NCBI GenBank assembly: GCA_017610175.1
Contig: JAFCCO010000002.1
Coordinates: 43,319 to 107,318 of the forward strand
Length of the DNA stretch: 64,000 bases
From: Candidatus Iainarchaeum sp.
GTDB taxonomy: Archaea; Iainarchaeota; Iainarchaeia; Iainarchaeales; GCA-2688035
Reading direction: 5' to 3'
The position numbers and the translations under genes were made by a program. Within the stretch, counting starts at the first letter, position 1. Each line of letters begins with the position of its first letter. Of the stretch, positions 59,805 through 64,000 are shown piece after piece. A model generated the notes under the pieces. That model was not told the DNA's origin. It made no database searches and worked only from the letters and a program-made list of their open reading frames with translations.

Positions 59805-61559
59805 TTATTCAATTACCGCCTTAATTCGCCTTACACCCGCAGCAACAGACTCTTCCTTCTTAATTTTGAACTTTCCAATGTCTTTTGTGTTTTCAACGTG
59901 TGGGCCTGCGCAAACTTCCTTGCTAAAACCCTCAACAGAGTAAACGCTTACCTTTTCGGGCGCATACTTTGAGTCAAAGAACGCAAGCGCGCCCGCCTTC
60001 TTTGCTTCTTTCAGACCCATTTCCTTGCGCTTTACAGGAATTGCTTTCTCAATCGCTTCGTTAACTATTTTTTCAACCTCTGCCCTCTGTTCAGGTGTAA
60101 CCTTTTCAGGGTGTGAGAAGTCAAAGCGCAGTCTTTCAGGGGTAATATTGCTTCCCTTCTGCTGAACGTGATTCCCCAAAACCTTTCTGAGCGCTGCGTG
60201 AAGCAGGTGTGTTGCTGTGTGCATTCGAACAGTTGTTTCGCTCTGGTCTTGCAGTCCGCTTTTGAAGCGCCCGGCTGTTGCTTTTCTTGACGTGTCCTGG
60301 TGTTTTTCAAACTCCTTTTCAAATATCTTTTTGTCAATTTTGATTCCTTTTTCTTCCGCAAGCTCAAGGGTCATCTCAATTGGGAAGCCAAAGCTTTGGT
60401 AGAGAAGGAATGCGTCCTCTCCCGAAATCTTTTTCTTTGCCTGCAAAATCCTTCCAAACCTATTAAGCCCGTTGGATAATACTTTTGAAAATCTGTCTTC
60501 TTCGCGCTCGAGCTCGAGGAAAATTAGCTCGCGCTCGCGCGTTAACTGCGGCCATTCAGCCCCGTAAATTTCAACAACAACTTCCGCAATTTTCCTGCAG
60601 AATCTTCCCTCAATTCCAAGCAGGCGCGCGTGCCTGATGCTTCGCCTAATCATTCTTCTAACAACATAACCCTGCTCAACATTGCTTGGGACAATTCCCT
60701 TGCCTTCTGAAAGCACAAAGCAGGATGACCTGATGTGGTCTGCAATAATTCTCTTTGACTTAAGCAAGTCGTTTTTGGAGAGGCCCTGGATTTTGTCCAT
60801 TATCGGCTTGAACAAATGCGTATCATAAACCGTTGCCTTCCCGTTCAGCATTGCAACAGTTCTCTCAACCCCCATTCCGGTGTCGACGTTTTGTTGCGCA
60901 AGCGGCTCAAATTTCCCTGCATCGGTCTTGTTGTACTGCATGAACACATCGTTCCAAATTTCAAAATACTTGCCGCAACCGCAGCCTGGCACGCACTTTG
61001 GCCCGCATTTTTCCTTTCCCATGTCGAAAAATATCTCGGTGTCAGGGCCGCAAGGGCCTGTTTTTCCAGCAGGACCCCACCAGTTGTCTTCCTTTGGGTT
61101 AAAGTAAATTCTTTCGACCGGAATCCCCTGAGATTCCCAAATTTTTGCGCTCTCTTCATCCTTTGGAGCGTCCTTATCCCCCTCAAAGCAGGTAACCGAA
61201 AGCCTGTTTTTGTCCAGGCCAATTACTTTTGTGAGGAATTCGTAGCTCCACTCAATTGCCTCTTTTTTGAAGTAATCCCCTAAAGACCAGTTGCCGAGCA
61301 TGAAAAAGAATGTTAAGTGTGATGCATCCCCAACCTCTTCAATGTCGTTTGTGCGGATGCATTTTTGCACGTTCACAAGCCTTTTTCCCTCAGGGTGCGG
61401 TTGACCAATAAGGAAGGGCACAAGCGGATGCATTCCCGCCGTTGTGAACAAAACGGTTGGGTCGTGCTCCGGAATAAGCGAGGCACTTGGAATGATTGCG
61501 TGCCCTTTTTTCTTGAAAAACTCTAGATAGCTTTCTGTAAGCTTTTTGCCTGTCCACAT
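59805..61559 (-). CDS. alaS: Alanyl-tRNA synthetase, bacterial/eukaryote-like type, lacking the C-Ala domain
   Basis: LFTTAGM, GPCGPDTEIFFD, WNDVFMQYNK, VDTGMGVER and the editing-site motif HTATHLLHAAL. The protein ends after the editing domain (584 aa). Confidence 0.9.
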   Translation of the reverse strand: MWTGKKLTESYLEFFKKKGHAIIPSASLIPEHDPTVLFTTAGMHPLVPFLIGQPHPEGKRLVNVQKCIRTNDIEEVGDASHLTFFFMLGNWSLGDYFKKEAIEWSYEFLTKVIGLDKNRLSVTCFEGDKDAPKDEESAKIWESQGIPVERIYFNPKEDNWWGPAGKTGPCGPDTEIFFDMGKEKCGPKCVPGCGCGKYFEIWNDVFMQYNKTDAGKFEPLAQQNVDTGMGVERTVAMLNGKATVYDTHLFKPIMDKIQGLSKNDLLKSKRIIADHIRSSCFVLSEGKGIVPSNVEQGYVVRRMIRRSIRHARLLGIEGRFCRKIAEVVVEIYGAEWPQLTRERELIFLELEREEDRFSKVLSNGLNRFGRILQAKKKISGEDAFLLYQSFGFPIEMTLELAEEKGIKIDKKIFEKEFEKHQDTSRKATAGRFKSGLQDQSETTVRMHTATHLLHAALRKVLGNHVQQKGSNITPERLRFDFSHPEKVTPEQRAEVEKIVNEAIEKAIPVKRKEMGLKEAKKAGALAFFDSKYAPEKVSVYSVEGFSKEVCAGPHVENTKDIGKFKIKKEESVAAGVRRIKAVIE

Positions 61560-61610
61560 TGTTAAAACCTAAAATATCGTGGGTTGGAAAACTTTTAAAA
61601 ACAGCCTTTC

Positions 61611-62450
61611 TTACAGTGCCTGCCCCTTTCTAATCAGTTCGCCGGCTCCTCTTGCCGTATGCTTTGCCTGGTCAATTATTGCAATAATTGGCTTGCGGGT
61701 TGATTTATCCCTTCCAAGAACAAATGAATTTCCCCAGTGAATATCAAGCTCGATTGGGATTTTTGGGTTTGCCCCGAAATTGTGCTTTTGTCCTTTTACA
61801 AGCGCTTTCTCCATTGCAGTGTCAACGCGCTGAAGCTCTTTTACAGTTAATCTCATTCCTGTTGCAAAGTTGCGAATCGCGCTTTCAGTCATCGTAAGGC
61901 TTAAAGGCCCGTCCCTAATTCTTGAGCCGGACATTGTTTCCCACACCTCAATAAATGTCGGGGCATGAATAAACTTTCTTGCTGTTATGCCGCTTGAAAC
62001 AAAGTAGTACTGCAGCGGTCTCACAATGAACGGAAGTTCAGGCCTTGCCTTCAAATAATTGTATATTGCAGTGTTTGCAACAAATTGAGTGAATCCGTCC
62101 GGCCGGTTCTTTTCCGAAACACTTTTTCTGTAAACTTTCAACGCAACCTTTGGAAGCCTCATGGTTTGCTTTTCACGCCTTGTCTTAAATGGGGTTTCCT
62201 CTGCGGCTGACAGAAGGAACAGCTTTGCGTGTTCCCCTGAACCAATTGGTTTTGGATGAATTCCCTTTGCAAACTCAACAATGTCGTGCCCGTTCTTAAC
62301 GCGAACTTTAACGCTTCTAAGCATTTCCCTGTAATTCAGCAGAAGCCTTTCCCCCCCGCGCGTTATAAGCAGTCCGCTTCTTTTTGCCCCAAGCGGGCTG
62401 TGGATAAGTTTTCCAAATTTGGTTGTTGTTCGCCTGTATCTTAGTGGCAT
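61611..62450 (-). CDS. Putative kinase-like protein (protein-kinase / APH fold), hypothetical
   Basis: Catalytic-loop-like DIHWGNSFV and a downstream IID. Start taken at MPLRY (62450), because the longer ORF-track version would run into the RNase P RNA gene. Confidence 0.45.
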   Translation of the reverse strand: MPLRYRRTTTKFGKLIHSPLGAKRSGLLITRGGERLLLNYREMLRSVKVRVKNGHDIVEFAKGIHPKPIGSGEHAKLFLLSAAEETPFKTRREKQTMRLPKVALKVYRKSVSEKNRPDGFTQFVANTAIYNYLKARPELPFIVRPLQYYFVSSGITARKFIHAPTFIEVWETMSGSRIRDGPLSLTMTESAIRNFATGMRLTVKELQRVDTAMEKALVKGQKHNFGANPKIPIELDIHWGNSFVLGRDKSTRKPIIAIIDQAKHTARGAGELIRKGQAL

Positions 62451-62507
62451 AATAAGGATGTAATGAATTTTGTTGTATAAAAACAGTTGGTTTGAAAAAA
62501 GAATAAA

Positions 62508-62791
62508 GTGTTGGGCTGTGGAGAGTAAGCCGGCTTCTGTTTCCCCGCAAATCCTCTCGAACAAGCGGGCAACCTGCATTTGCCTTAGCGGTTCAAAACC
62601 TTGCACCCGCACCGCATTGAAGCGATGACTGTTTCCCCGCCGTTTCAACCATATAGGTATCGTTTCTGTTCAGGGAAACTACCCTCTCGGATGTGTCTTT
62701 TGTCGGTATTGCTACCGGGGTGGCCGGACTTTCCTCAGCTGAAAACCCGTTAAACGGGCCAACCGTCGACAGGCCTTCCACTACCCAACAC
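62508..62791 (-). ncRNA. rnpB: RNase P RNA (about 284 nt)
   Basis: On the minus strand: the P4 5' strand GAGGAAAGTCCGG and the P4 3' strand ACAGAAGCCGGCTTA; the P1 ends pair (GTGTTGGG...CCCAACAC); a P3 hairpin CCCGTTTAACGGG; TGAAACGG; TATA-like TTTAAAT about 30 nt upstream; a T-rich tract downstream. Confidence 0.8.
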
Positions 62792-62851
62792 TATAATTTA
62801 TGTATAAGACTGAATTTAAATGTTTTGTTTGTGGTGTTTGGTTGGGAAAAA

Positions 62852-63430
62852 TTACATTGTTAGGCCTTCGTCCTTTCTCTTTCCCTTAACCAGTTCGAAG
62901 ATTTTTTGCTGCAGTTCCTCCGGTTCGGGCACAGCCTGAAGATTTCCCTCTGCACCCCACTTTCCCCGCATGCTTGCCTGCCCTGCAAGTGTCTGGATGT
63001 GGATTGAACCAAAGCCAAAAATGCTTTCAATAAAGGACCTTGAAATTATTACATCGCTTATTCTCTCAAGCGGAATGGAGTTAACGCTATAGCCAATCAG
63101 GCCGCGTTTTCCAACAACCCTCTTGTTTGTAATCCAGTAAAATCTCTTGTTGTAGTTCATTGAAGCGAAGGTATAGGGAATAACTACAATCGCAACAAGC
63201 CCTATCAGTGCCGTCACCAGTGCAAGAATTGCCCCCACAATACCGCCGATTGCCGCAAACAAAAATACAAGCGGGATTATAATCCAGAGGCCTCCGAACA
63301 GGATAATGAAAAACCATCCGATAAGTCCCTGCAGAAAAAACATCCATTTCAGGCCGGGCAGTGGCTTTATTGAATCAATAATCTTTTCCCCTTCCTGAAG
63401 CCTAAAAAATTTTAAGTAATCCTCTTCCAT
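62852..63430 (-). CDS. Bacterial-type PH-domain membrane protein (DUF304/YdbT-like)
   Basis: Two TM helices, then YWITNKRVVGKRGL...IPLERISDV. Start taken at MEEDY (63430). Confidence 0.6.
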   Translation of the reverse strand: MEEDYLKFFRLQEGEKIIDSIKPLPGLKWMFFLQGLIGWFFIILFGGLWIIIPLVFLFAAIGGIVGAILALVTALIGLVAIVVIPYTFASMNYNKRFYWITNKRVVGKRGLIGYSVNSIPLERISDVIISRSFIESIFGFGSIHIQTLAGQASMRGKWGAEGNLQAVPEPEELQQKIFELVKGKRKDEGLTM

Positions 63431-63549
63431 TTCAACCGATAGAAATATGTCTAAGGAGAATATAAAACTTTGGTTATAAAAAAAAGTTGTGAAACCGTGT
63501 TTTGGAAAGCCTAAAATGCAACTCAGGTTAGTGTTTTTCTTTTGAGAAA

Positions 63550-64000
63550 ATCCTCGGGTCCTTAGTATTGGTGCGCTGAACAAATCGCCGAAGCTTTTTG
63601 CGTACACGCCCAACCTATCAAACCGGTGTTCTACCGGAACCCTCGCCCCTACATTATTCCCTCAAGGAGAATAGTTTCGGGGATGATAGTCTCTTTTCGG
63701 GGGCCGCTTCGAGCTTAGATGCTTTCAGCTCTTATCGGCTACAGCGTGGCTACCCAGCAATGCCCTGTCGGACAACTGGTAGACTAGAGGCTGCGGCACT
63801 ACGTTCCTCTCGTACTCATAGTACCTTCCCTTCAGACCATCGACACTCCTAATAGATAGTATCCAAACTGGCTCGCACCGTTCTCAACCCAACTAACGTA
63901 AGGCTTTAATGAGTTAACACCTCCACCCTTGGCTGCTTATGCACAGCCAGGATGCCTTGAGACGCCGTGGGGTCGATATGGACTCTCACCCACGACCACA
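63550..64000 (-). rRNA. 23S rRNA, 3'-terminal portion (the gene continues beyond the window)
   Basis: The reverse complement contains the universally conserved GCTGAAAGCATCTAAGCTCGAA...GAAAAGAGAC, then ...TTGATAGG...GGGCGTGTA...CCAATACTAAGGACC. The 3' boundary is approximate. Confidence 0.85.

Noticed and set aside
62593-62781. The 62-aa ORF, and the N-terminal 66 codons of ORF 61611..62648.
   Set aside because: Both overlap the RNase P RNA gene. The kinase-like CDS is trimmed to start at 62450.
63431-63549. A 5S rRNA or tRNA downstream of the 23S 3' end.
   Set aside because: No cloverleaf, and no 5S-like conserved segments. The region looks like the promoter of the PH-domain gene (TTTTATAT box).

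Overview
This 64-kb window is densely coding and metabolically coherent. I read it as archaeal (most consistent with a euryarchaeon-like lineage) on the RNA evidence alone: a short anticodon-loop intron in tRNA-Ser, an RNase P RNA of about 284 nt, an archaeal-looking 23S rRNA 3' end, and oligo-T tracts after every tRNA. Part of the protein evidence points the other way (bacterial-type LeuRS and AlaRS; see findings), so I do not rest the lineage call on the proteins.

Main content, in order:
- An ABC export operon: ATPase, a 490-aa secreted/anchored protein, and an FtsX-like permease.
- tRNA-Trp(CCA) sitting directly upstream of a complete trpEGDCFBA operon.
- tRNA-Ala(CGC), then a stand-alone AlaX editing protein, a glycosidase-like protein, NAD(P)HX dehydratase and a MazE/MazF-like toxin-antitoxin pair.
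- GMP synthase, a citramalate/isopropylmalate synthase, and a KaiC-like protein paired with a CheY-like receiver.
- CysRS, PurB, PurC and PurE.
- A 14-kb one-carbon supercluster: FolC, an ECF transporter, a YhhQ-type transporter, SHMT, FolD, split LplA plus LipA, ThrC, the glycine cleavage genes GcvT-H-PA-PB, a Na/Pi symporter, a glutaredoxin, PurN and PurH.
- Two adjacent tRNA-Ser genes. The first carries a roughly 53-nt intron, and the 5' part of that intron is duplicated just after the gene. The second is followed by a 0.7-kb mini-island flanked by a 20-bp direct repeat of the tRNA 3' end; the island carries a RelE-like toxin.
- A SIMPL-domain protein, a module of a small transmembrane protein, YbjQ and HypC, an EamA transporter and an FKBP lipoprotein.
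- tRNA-Leu(GAG), an aminotransferase, a CaCA antiporter, a flavodoxin-like protein, tRNA-Arg(TCT) upstream of ArgRS, bacterial-type LeuRS and a truncated AlaRS.
- An unannotated RNase P RNA on the minus strand, a DUF304 PH-domain protein, and the 3' end of a 23S rRNA running off the window edge.

I saw no CRISPR array, no integrase or transposase, and no 5S rRNA.
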